DNA of 64,000 nucleotides. Source: Phoronis australis (lineage: Eukaryota; Animalia; Phoronida). The position numbers and the translations under genes are program-made. Under the pieces are notes generated by a model. It was not told the DNA's origin, searched no databases, and saw only the letters and a program-made list of their open reading frames with translations. The stretch covers positions 537,464-601,463 of the forward strand of contig NMRA01000085.1 of assembly GCA_002633005.1 (NCBI GenBank), given 5' to 3'. Shown here piece after piece: positions 50,201-61,255 of the stretch (its first letter is position 1; each line of letters opens with the position of its first letter).

Positions 50201-53090
50201 ATTTTGAAGAGAATCGTATGGATATCCCACTGCACAACAGTTAGTTATTTTGACAGCACATCGGTAGCAAAGAATTTAAAAAAATAAAATTATCCCACTG
50301 AATTAACTCCTCACAAGAATACGGAATTCTGACCATCAACCACCTCATCACCATCCAGCAACAACAGCAATTTCATATCATCGCCACCATATTGGATAAT
50401 GGCTACTGGTTCACAATCTGTGTTCGTAAAGCCATCTGCACAATATCAAGTGAGCAACACAATTGACTGTGATAAAGGAGACACAATCCACTGAGCTCAC
50501 CACTGAGAACTGTGGGTAAAACTTATAAACCTCAACTGAGGTGAAAATTAATGATTGACAACATTTTTAGTTCTCTGGATTCGTGGCTGCATATATCACG
50601 TCCACTGATTTTCAAAATGAGGCAGCGGTCGCAGTGCAAACATGTTGGCTGAACTCAACCATGCAAGAACTGTTGCGTGTCATATGCAACAAAAATTCGT
50701 AGAAATCGCTTTGATATTTCAATAGTTGCATTGCTGTATTTCGCAGTTAAAATACCAGTATCAGTATCAGAACCATTGCGCATACTTAAATTAGAACACA
50801 TTCCCGAAGGTAAATTTTGAAACACAGTTGGGTATAATCAAGGCTTAGCGATATATCAGCCTTAGATACGAGTGGGTGTGCAGCTTAGAGTTACACTGAC
50901 CCTATGTTGATATCAGTTTGTTGGAATTTAATGAATGGACTTTGGATACAGTGTTGACAATTGTAAACCCAACATGGAGGAAAACATTAAACAGAAGATC
51001 ATGCCCACAGTGTGGAGGTCATTCGGGTCACAGTTATTCGAGCCAGTAAACAGAACAACAGGACACAGCAGTTTTCAAAAAAGTTGAATCGGGTGAATTT
51101 TGTTTAGTTTCAACGAAGCAAATACAAATGTGAAGAAAATCTGCAATTAATTAAGAGAACTGTTTAGCAGACAATTTTCCCAAAGTTTCCAATACCCATG
51201 TAGACCTATAAATAGGTCACTTTCGGGATAAAATTTATAAATCTGTCCACCGTGAGATCCTCAACCAAACTAGATGAATTCTGGCCCATGCAAATGATGA
51301 AATTTAACATGTCTGTCTCAGTAAATGTAACTATCGCAATACGATGCGGGCAAAGTAGATCTACTTAATGGGGAGTTAAATAAGCTTATCAATAAAATCT
51401 CATGTACTGGATATAACTGTCCGTGCAAAAGACCAAGAAGCTATGTAGTAAAAGCAATCTAGACGGAGCTTTAAAATGCCGGAATGTCAAGCGATCACGT
51501 TCGTGTGAGACAAGAAGTAGGACTCCGACATAAAACACTCCCTTCATTTGCAACCAGTCAAGTGACCCCAGTGTCCATGACGACAGAAGTGCAGTACACG
51601 CCGAAAATATAATATTCTATTTCCACATCATGACAACAACGGGCAATGACTGGTCATTCCAGCGACTCTGAGCGTTCCTCGCCATGACGGGAATTCTGTT
51701 TAAGCTCTATCGCCATGGCAACCGCATAATTTTACCTATTTTAAAAAAATGATCTGTTCGTACAAGAACTTTCTTCCCATGACATACGTGCGTGGAGTGA
51801 CTTTCTTCTCGTCTTTTCTGCCTCGAGACAGGTAGCAGGTTTGTCATGGCTCGTGTGGAACAAGTTACCAGTGCCACACAGCAAAGTTGCACTAGGGAAA
51901 CGGCAACTATGGACACAACTACAGCCTCTACGTAAAGTGAGTTAGGGACCCTAATAGCTATAAGTACTCACCTTCTCAAAGCGTCCGTACAAGTCGCGCA
52001 CCTTGGTGTCAATCTCATCCCACCTTGTAATAGCCAATACCTGTAATATCTGTGCCACCTGCATCAGATTGTGCCTAGCTACATAACTGACTGGAATATC
52101 GCTAGTCAGGCCGTGTGGCTCGGGGTCACAGATGGCAGGACAGATGAAAATGGCGAAGAGGACATCGGCACACATGGCACGAGCTTCGTCCGCGTCAACC
52201 GTGCCAGCAAGTATCACAGAGTTATACATCTGGCAGACGAGCCACAGGAGGCTCTGGGGGAAGCAATGCATGCTGGTCTTGATACTGGTGATGAACCGTT
52301 GCGTCATGATCACCAGCTTGTTGATGACGAACTCACGGTATTTTGACATGTTCTCGTCGTACTCCGGTGAGCCCTCAACGCCGAACCTGCGCAGAAGCTC
52401 GTTCTTCGGGAACCGTGACAGTGCCTTGTCGGGGTCCACATCATAAAACCATTCATCCTCCATCAGGAGTTGCATGGTCGGCCGGTGCAACGCTGACGTG
52501 AGGAACAGCTCGGCGGAGAATAGACTCTCTGAGAACAGTTTGAAAGCTAGCGAAAACATGCAGGATCCACGACGTAGGAGGCGACGTGGGTTCTCCGCCG
52601 GCACAAGCTGCATCTGGATCAGAGACTGCAGCACCTCCAGCACAAACAGTTCATCCTGTTGAAGTGTACAGTGGCCATACACCGCTGATAGCATAGTCTG
52701 CACGACACGTGGCATGTCTTCATAGCCAGCCTTCTCGCCGTGGTCTAGGCAACTGGCAACTAGCCTCGGGTTATTGCGCACGGCTCTCAGCAGTTCTCCA
52801 AACCGTGACTCGTGATAGCTCAGGTGCTTGTAACCGTCCACGAACGCAACATTTTCCAGCACGTTACCCCGGGTGCAATAGGCGGCGCGTGACACATCCT
52901 TGCTGGCCAACACAAGATGGGACAAGTTCACTCTCTGCTGACGAGCGATCCACGCCTCATGGTACAATTTCTCGGCCGTTGCAGACACCTCCTGATTGAG
53001 CTTCTCGAGCTGCTCCCTTTCCGACTGTGTAAACAGTCGCTCCTCACGGAGGCGCTGAGCTAACTCCAGTAACTCTGAGCTGCCCGCCAT
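28965..53090 (-). CDS. GAPVD1: GTPase-activating protein and VPS9 domain-containing protein 1 (GAPex-5/RME-6), ~1714 aa, 19 coding exons
   Basis: Phase-consistent GT-AG exons: 53090-51972, 44282-44154, 43462-43285, 42700-42555, 41061-40851, 40581-40378, 39910-39768, 38772-38619, 37491-36185, 35614-35467, 35257-35129, 34490-34209, 33438-33297, 32839-32705, 32288-32165, 31181-31115, 30794-30680, 30099-29961, 29237-28965 (5145 nt). Hallmarks are NPRRLLRRGS, FICPAI..PE, ARHNLMQVAQILQ, MVSANVSGRGTP, WSTDVLASD, DILAKYR, DAKRKLRLVL, LAEAINLQDK, YPNGDGD..RDQ and the VPS9 core ADDFMPV...ANPPNLLSTIQY...GEEQYWWMQF. Confidence 0.96.
29328..29404. repeat. Small palindromic MITE-like repeat, copy B (GAPVD1 last intron)
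   Basis: Imperfect ~27-bp terminal inverted repeats agggtcctggattttgagaaccagttt / aaactggttatcaagatacagagccct, with the same core as 10521-10582. Confidence 0.55.
36185..37491 (-). CDS. GAPVD1: GAPVD1 large internal low-complexity exon (1307 nt)
   Basis: The 436-aa ORF is bounded by attacag| and AAG|GTAACT, with phases that fit both neighbours. It contains LFDPLH twice and GAIPK. Confidence 0.85.
41655..41778. repeat. Recent 62-bp tandem duplication (intronic)
   Basis: ggcccagaatacacagtcacacttcagtgacctc(a/c)atgcacaccaactgttattctaatgta occurs at 41655 and 41717 with one mismatch. Confidence 0.92.
44291..44440. repeat. Degenerate (AAT)n low-complexity tract next to a GAPVD1 acceptor
   Basis: ataatagtaattataattataatactaattataatggtaatgattaatac... 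shows trinucleotide periodicity. Confidence 0.6.
45376..45871. other. Assembly gap (496 N) preceded by a 25-nt poly-T
   Basis: Direct observation. Other gaps lie at 27987-28006, 54342 and 62998. Confidence 0.99.
48200..48460 (-). repeat. Diverged interspersed repeat, second copy, in a GAPVD1 intron
   Basis: Reverse-complement similarity to 22150-22420. One end abuts TTAA (ggttaccTTAAag), as in TTAA-targeting DNA transposons, but the family is not determined. Confidence 0.45.
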
Positions 53091-53144
53091 GACAGAACAG
53101 CAGCTGATCAGCGTTGAGTCAATTTCAAAATCATCACTCTTGAC
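51972..53144 (-). CDS. GAPVD1: GAPVD1 first coding exon (RasGAP-like domain; ATG at 53090)
   Basis: Acceptor tttttcttttag|53144, ORF MAGSSELLELAQRLREERLF...YGRFEK, donor AAG|GTGAGT after 51972. Confidence 0.93.
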
Positions 53145-53517
53145 CTAAAAGAAAAAGACAAAATGCTTTGAAGGGAAGTTGAACATACCATGACATGTTT
53201 GTCAGTTTTGGTTCATTGGAGTAAGGTCATGATTTGCATAATTTCGGCTACATTGTGATTCGCTAGGCTTCTACCTACAACCTAATGAATACTAGTATTT
53301 ACCGACCAGTTATGTTTCACGTGACCATTCACGAACACCACAGGTACTCTCATCAAATAAAGAAGGTATACAAGAGCAATTAAATATGGCCGTCGAGCAG
53401 GCGAGTTTTTGCCGATTAATTAGTGGGACAGTTAGAAATACATTTCAAATCGGTAATTACAGGTATCAATGTTCGTTTAGTGAAGAGACAACAATTTGAA
53501 CCATCTGATACAGGTAG

Positions 53518-54698
53518 TATGACTCAAATTCCATAGTTCCGCTCATCAATTAATGATGGGCGCTCTAATGTGCATGCTCAAAATAGTCTCGCACCAAGTG
53601 AAAACAACAACATCCATTCAGGGCGCAGTTGCCGCCAGGTTGAAAGTTATGATCCGTTCATTTGGCGGAGGCGTGATTCGCCAAGGTGAAGTAATAAAAA
53701 CCCAGTGTTTATTAGAATTATAATAAATGGGTCCATGATGAAAATGGCTGCAGGGAACCAGTTTTCACTACGTAACGGCAATGTCTGTTATTCAGCGTAA
53801 ACTGGTTCCCCAGGGCCATTTTTAAGACAGACCCATTTACTCCACCCTTACCTAGTGTTTTATTGCTCAAGGTTGGTTAGGCAGGGCTCGACATAACGAG
53901 CTGCAGGTCGCATTTGCGACCTGAAATTTGGAAATGCGAGCTGAGATTTTTGTCAGCTCGTATAAAGTCGCAAAATGCGACCTGGAATTTCCAACGAATG
54001 CGAGCTGAGTTTTTACACTTCTCAACAGATACCCGGCAAATACGAATCAGCTCTTGTTAATCCGACCGTTATTTGGTTGTTGCCAAATACAAGTTCAAAA
54101 GAACACTAACCGAGAACAGTCCTCCCGATGACTTGTAAGCAAGTCGCGTGAACATGGGATATGCAGAATCGATCTTTGACGCGTTTCATTGGCTAACACT
54201 TTCGGCCACTTTTGTAAATTCCCGGATTCGCCGAAGAAAGTTTCGGGCCACTGCTTAACACGTGATAAAACTTCACAAAACAACGGTGTTTCTATTAATT
54301 CTTAAGCGATCAACTTACCAAACATTGTGGTGGACAAAAATNATATGACTCAAATTCCACAGTTCCACTCATCAATTAATGATGGGCGCTCTAATGCGCA
54401 TGCTCAAAATAGTCTTGCACCAAGTGAAAACAACAAAATGCATTAAGGGCACATTTGCCGCCTGGTTGAAAGTTATGTTCCGTTCATTTGGTGGAGGCGT
54501 GATTCGCCAAGGTGCAGTAATAAAAACCCAGTGTTTATTAAAAGTGGAATAAATAGGTCCATGATGAAAATGGCTGCAGGGAACCAGTTTTCACTAAGCA
54601 ACGGCAATGTCTGTTATTCAGCGTAAACTGGTTCCCCAGGGCCATTTTTAAGACAGACCCATTTACTCTACCCTTACCTGCTCAAGGTTGATTAGGCA
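53518..54698. repeat. ~360-bp direct duplication (53518-53883 / 54344-54698) bracketing a transposon end and a single N
   Basis: Both copies run tatgactcaaattcca...ctcaaggttg(g/a)ttaggca with scattered substitutions and small indels. Each contains a ~115-bp inverted-repeat element (53724-53839; ~54551-54665) of the AACCAGTTT family. Confidence 0.9.
53882..54341. mobile_element. One end of a probable hAT-type non-autonomous DNA transposon, truncated at the gap
   Basis: Begins CAGGGCTCGACAT where copy 1 diverges from copy 2 and has subterminal repeats (gcgacctg/gcgagctg). The other end is absent. Confidence 0.55.
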
Positions 54699-56044
54699 AC
54701 ACGTAGCCCCTCGATTGGCCAGTTAGGGCTACAATACTTCCCATTGCTTTCTGTACGAATTTCATCCCATGTATTTTAAACGGGCGGTAGGCCAAATCTG
54801 GTCACTGATTGAGAGTTTCACCTTGTCAAAAATACATTCTACACTTAATACTAAGACTTAAAAAAGCGCTTATTTTCTTCAGTGGTCCTTTCTACTTCTA
54901 CACATGTCTTCGATGAAGTACGGTATAGCTACGACAATTAAGGTAACTTTGGCAAAGAATTCCAACTCCACTTTTTGGTGACAGTTTATTTTTTCACCAC
55001 AGGCAGTAACCACAAAATATTTCAACTGAGTTAGTGAGTTAGATTAAGGCTAGCGCGAGACTAAGCGAAGCACGTGACACTGGCGCGTGACACTTGTAAA
55101 ATACCATGGGAAGGTATCAGGTGAAATTTGTAAGATTTGTGTCCCTTGGATTTTTTATCCGAGAACATGCGTGATTTCACGTAACTTCCTCAAAATGGCA
55201 CTAGGTAAGAGAAACTAGAATAAACCGCGAAAGATTTTCGTGAATATGTTGAAGTTATGCTGACTAAATTGTATCCAGAGTCGTGGTATGTGTTAATTAT
55301 AACTCCATGATCTTATATCTATGGTTCATTTGATTTCATTTGCTGTATTTTGAAATGCGTAACTTTTTATGGGGATGTACTATCGCCCCTGTATGCCTGC
55401 CGCATCCAGGGCGATGTAATTGCCTAAAGGTTGGCCTTGCAGCATTGAAAACACACTCTGAAATGAAGGCAACCTCAAATCCTTTTTTAAACACAAAGCA
55501 TATGAAGACAAATGAAAACACAGAAGATGTATTAATACTTCCTTGTTGTGATGCACCCTTGTTCCATGAACATGAGTCCAAATTATCACTTTTGTGACCC
55601 TCACCAGGAGTGCCACTTACGTTGTTATTTTGATTTGATGCACAATACGTCAAGGATGCGCATTGGAGCGCAATCTGCAATACTCATCCTTAATCGGTGA
55701 GTGAGTTTTGGAATTTGAGGCATATTGCCTGCATCAGATGATTCCATTTGTCTCAGTGGTTGTACCTTCAGTTCACTCAACAAACATTAAGTTAACAATC
55801 AATACCCGTAATTACTAATTTGAATTGTATTTTTATCTGTCTCCTTAATTTTAATTTTAAATAGTAGCTCACTTGATTGACGGCTATACTGGATCACTCT
55901 CGTATCTCTTCTATTTATTATAGTGTCATATGAGCAGATGATTAAAGGTGACTGACTGCCTGTGCACACACCGACAGACACTGACACTAGAACTGACACT
56001 AGTCACAAGCCTCAGACACTGACAGGTAAGTATAGTCCGATTAC

Positions 56045-56135
56045 CTCTCGTCGTCAGTCTCCAAAGGTCGTCCGCCATCTTGTTTCGCGTGCAGCGCTGC
56101 CACGCGGGACTTAGCGTTCCAATTTGGAACGCTCG
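56045..56135 (-). promoter_or_regulatory. GAPVD1: Probable GAPVD1 first (5' UTR) exon and promoter
   Basis: CpG-rich patch with YY1-type CAAGATGGCGG on the minus strand (~56072-56082) and donor GAG|GTAATC after 56045. A perfect palindrome AGCGTTCCAA-T-TTGGAACGCT lies at 56113-56133. Confidence 0.55.
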
Positions 56136-58199
56136 TCTGCACGTTAGGTACTAACCTCTCGGGAGAAACACGCGTGGAAGAACTGAGACTAAAATTAATG
56201 CATTTACCGACTGTTTTTTTGAGACCACTTAAAAACTTGTTGATTTTACTAATGCACTTTTTTGTTCATTTTCAGAAGATATTTTCGAAATTAAATTTTC
56301 TTCAGACGGAACAAAAAGCAACCCAGGGATTGTTTATGCAATGTATCTATTTGTCCCAGGCACTAACCGACATCTGTTAGGCCAAAGGAAAAACGCAGCA
56401 GACAAATGGAACACGCTGGGTGCTTAACAGTTTCGGCCCACGCCTTGGTCATCAAAATATTGTTCACTTGTTTTTTTATTGCAAAACACAGTACTGAACT
56501 CAACATTTATGTTGAAAATTTTGGTTAAAGCATTTTGAATTTATTTGAAGAAAATTAAAATACTTGAATTGATAGAGAATGGCCACCAATAAAGTAAAAC
56601 ATTGACTTTATTTCACTATATTGCATTTGTTACATACAACACAGCATGACATAATCAAAAATAAAAGAAGAGATTGAGCAATAAAATTCAAATGCAACTT
56701 GGGTATTTATTTATTTATTTATGAATGCAGAAGCCTGTTAAAGATGAGAAAAAATCAAACAATACAATTATGGGTAATTTATTAGAACAATTGTATCGAG
56801 GTTCAATGATCAACTTCCGCCTACCAAGTCTCAAAGGCTTACAGTTCTGTTTTGGCTGACAAGGTGTTAACAGAGAATGAAGAGAAACTGAAAAGAAAAA
56901 GAAGGACAGCAGAGATAAGTGATGTTAAGAACAACAAGAGCAAAAAGTCAAATAAAGAGGTCACAAATACAAAATAAGTAAGGTCTGCCTGGAATAAAAC
57001 AATTGTGATTTATTTTCCAGAACTGAAATTCTAAATCAATTTTAATCGATTTAAAAATCGATATCATACCAGTAAAACAGTTTGTGGTTGAAGTAGAGTT
57101 GCTGTAAACCACTTTCCACTATTTTCTTGGCCTTTTTCTGTGTGGTTTTCTGTCCTTTCAAAAGGCGGCAGCACATGACGACCATAGGTGTCATTATAAA
57201 ATGGCTGCCGAAAACCAATGCACAGTTGAACAACTCGGCTTAAGTAAAAGAAAACGTTTGAATCAACGAATACTATATATTTGTGAGAGTTAAATCAAGT
57301 CCTATTCAGATCATAACTTTGAAGTGGAATAATTGGGTGAGTAAGACAACAAGCCGGTTTTATGCTTAGGCGGACGACTATAGGGTTTCGGAGTGTAGGC
57401 CTACCTAGTAATGTGATTCTTATATTTTCATCCTAGTTCCCAGAAATAAACTCCAGTGAGCAATTTACCCAGGGGGATAGTTTACCTACCAGCTGCAACA
57501 TTTGCTAGAAGCGTGCAGAAGGTTGGTAGACCAACTAAACTCTTGAGTCGAGCAAGGTGAGACCCGAAACTCGATTCGTTTCGCGTGAGTCGAGAACCTC
57601 CCCTCTCGAATCTATTCAACCCAAATCTGAAAAATGCGAGCAAAGTGGACTTCAAAATTATCTTATACAAGCGTACTTGACACGATGCTGTACTCTGGTA
57701 CCAACTTACCAACTTAGGTCGGCAATGTTTTGTCCATTGAAGCTTTGGAACATGGGCTTGTCTGAAAATACAACTTCACATTTGGCCTCCCGCAAATAAC
57801 GCGCAGGTAACAGGCGCAGCTTCCGATATAACAGTAGCGGCATCTGTTATACTTTCCGATAACTAATCTTTCTCTGGTGGGTCCATCAGCCGACAAAAAA
57901 TGCATGAATGCATCATGCAGTATCAAACAAATTTCGATAAAGCACGATAAATACAATCTAATTCCTCCTACCAAATTATTTTTGTCCATCTCTATTATAA
58001 TTATTATTATTTTTCAAAGCATTCACCTATGATATTGTAACGGTTGGTACTTCCCGTCCTGTACACTACCGTCGAACTTGAAATTTGTAAAAGTCCACTA
58101 TTTGCACACCATGGTCTTCATCGCCAAGTTCATTAGTTATACACACTGGCTGTGTATGACGACGAGTAGACAAGGGCCGGTCAAATTATCAGTAGAATG

Positions 58200-58363
58200 C
58201 AGCGGCGGATTTAGAGGGGGCCAAGGGGACCATGCCCCTCCCGCCCTAAAATTCTCCCAGGAGTCCATTTGGCAATACGGGGGTGCGAATGTTTGTCGGG
58301 CAAAATCATGGCTAATACTCTGCCATGCCCCCCCCCCAACTCAAAATCCTGGATCCGCCAATG
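58200..58363. mobile_element. Degenerate MITE with GGCGGAT / ATCCGCC termini
   Basis: cagcggcggatttagaggggg...ccatgcccc...aaaatcctggatccgccaatg is a GC-rich island with imperfect TIRs. No clean TSD was found. Confidence 0.55.
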
Positions 58364-61192
58364 GAATAAAAGGGGAAAGTAGTATAAGGGAACGATAAAG
58401 AGAAGAGGGAAACAACAGAATAACAATTATTGTAAAACTTAACGAAAACAAAACAGAAGGAACATAAAAACAGGAAATACTAACTATTTAGCTTTTGATA
58501 AATGGTAGCAAGCTGCTTCCTGGCAACAAAACTTAACGCACATGTATATATAGATTTGGCAAAACTTTTGCCATGTTGCGTAGATAGGTTTAAAATTACT
58601 ATGTTGTACAAAAATTACGTCATTGGTTTGATTTCTAAGCGCGTATATTAATCACGTAAACAATTTTAATTGGTGTGCGTAATTTAGGAGAAGTAAATCG
58701 TATCATCTTGAGAAATACAAATGATATTACGAGGATAGAGGTGAACCAATTGACAAACTAGATAATATTTTAGCATTTTTTCAACTGAAAAAACGTGTAG
58801 ATTGAAATAATCTCAGAAGTATTTTAACAAAATGGCGACTGGGTGCCTTGATAGCCACGCTGGAGAGCTGCAAAACTTGTTGCGTTTGGTAATAGAAATG
58901 TGTTCTTTGCAGTTATAGTCACCTGACGGTGCCACTTGTTCTACCTAGTACGCACTGCAAAATAAACTTTGAAATCCCTGCATTTGAAAAACACAATTAG
59001 TTCCCGCTAAAACCATTTCCTGGTACTCATATTTTAGAATATATTTTGGCAAAATCAGTGAATAGCATCTTGAGAAATTCCTACACGATTTTGGGGAATG
59101 TAGTGTTGCTTGAAAATACAAGGATTGGGTTGATGAAGAGAGGTTGTAAGTGTAAATGTGGATTTTAAGTTCCAGGAGAATAAATATGTCATGGTAAACT
59201 AGAAAATAGCATTAACGTCACCTATTGTATTGTTATGGAACGTTAAGTTGATTTTACGTCTTCCAAACCAATCAACCGTTACGGTTTTACGTATTAACGT
59301 TTTTAGTGTTACGAATTGTAAGTAATCGATAGCTTTTTTGTGGTTGAAAATTAGTATCAAAATCCCGGTCAATGCATAATTTTTATGGATAGTTTGGCGA
59401 AATTGATGGCAGAGTGCCTGAAAAAGAATTCAAGAATTCCGATCATGGCATCTCACTATAAGTTGTTCCAATAACAGCCAAGACACAACTATCGTGTTCA
59501 TTAATTGCTCACACAGCAAGAGCGTATAATGGTATAACATATCGGGTGATAACAGCATGTTAGCTGTAGTCTCCAAAGTCCTTCAGATTCGATCACGGAC
59601 ACTTAACGTTATGAGACCAGTCAAGTGTGCGGTTGTTTCGGTACAGCTGCAGTAGATTTCATTTCAATTCAGCCAACACCGTGAAGTAAACTGAAATTTT
59701 CAAGAATTATTCTTTGAAGTCCAGCGTGAATTAAGCGTTTGCACTAAAACTGTATACTTGTGTGTTTTTCGTGCGTAAAGGCCACACGAAAAGGTGTGTG
59801 CGTAATGATTTATTTACGTGCGTAGCTTACATACGTATTTCCCCTTTGGATAACGACAATGTGTGTACAAACATGTAGTGAACGTACATGACCATGAAGC
59901 GTTGCCTACTGACAGTTGGGTATTGAGGTCAACGGCCCTTGTTTGCAGATTCCGGCCCTGAACTACAAAATTCAAAATTACTGTATTTTTATTTTTACCA
60001 TAAAATAACAAAATATGACTTTTACCGAATCCCCTACTACTACTGCTGAATACTATCACGTGTCATTAAAAAATTCTTTTTGAACATGGGAAGGGCGAGC
60101 CATTTGTGTGTTTATCACCATTATTCAAACTCCCTGTCTGTTTATACATGTATGCATATCGACTGACAGTAAAGCAAGGTAATTCGCAATGACGTAAATC
60201 GACGGTCCTCTTCCAGTTGACTTCCAACTTCAGCTGCTGGAAACCGTAGTGGAAGTCACTTGCAGTTACAATAGAAAGGAACAACTGCAAGATAATGGCA
60301 ACAGAGCTGTATACTACTCTAGAACCGTTTGCTGAGCCTACATGTAGGCCTATGTCTAACGTGTACAGAATTAGAAACCTTTATCGCCCATGTGCGTACT
60401 TTTGTGTAGGCATGTTTTCGGAAAATCCCGGTAATAAATTTATAAAAAATAAAGCTGCAATGATAGCAAAACAAAGGCATCATTAGTATGACCAAAATCT
60501 TATTTGATATAAATATTCAAATTGAAATTTCATTAACGCCATTGCACTTCGTTTTCGCTTCATGTTATCACCTTTTCTTTAAAGTGCTAGTAGCCTTGTT
60601 TTGACAGTCTCTCATTCAAACAAATGAGGGATACATTTCCAAAACGATTCCAAGCAGAGTTCTAAACAACGGTGCATAAAGCGTAGCATCTGAAACTTTC
60701 ACATAAATCCGATCTGCCATTTTATGAGATATAATATTCCGGTGTTAGTCAAATTTGGTCATTTTTCTAGGGTCTAAATAAGCCCAGATTGAAATGCTGG
60801 AGACAATAACCTCATCGGTGCAGTGAAACTGTACCCGCGTCAACAAACAAAAATTCCCAGGGCTCTCCTGTTCATTGGTCGCGTCAGTGATCTCCCCGAT
60901 TTGTGGAAAAGTTTCTATGACGTCAAACAGCAATGAATGTCTCCCAAAACGGTATTGCTTCTGAGTTGTGTGATTGAACAAACTGCTCTTGTGTGGTGAA
61001 AATCACAATCACTGTCAGCAAGAAGTGGCAATGCTCATCAAGTGTCGAATTTCTTTATTTATCTCTAAGCTTCTGATGACTTGGCAACAACATTTTAACA
61101 AATTTTGACAAAACGTCAGCTACTCGTTCATGTACATGTATATGAAATAACAAGCATGCATCACTGCAGAGCGCTGACGTCCTGGTAGTTCA

Positions 61193-61255
61193 CTCGCTGG
61201 TCCCCTGGTCAGTAGCCATCACGCCTGCTGGCTAGGCACGCGGGGAACCAGCGAG
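61193..61255. mobile_element. 63-bp miniature inverted-repeat element with 9-bp TSD
   Basis: CTCGCTGGTCCCC...GGGGAACCAGCGAG is flanked by GGTAGTTCA at 61184-61192 and 61256-61264. Confidence 0.7.
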
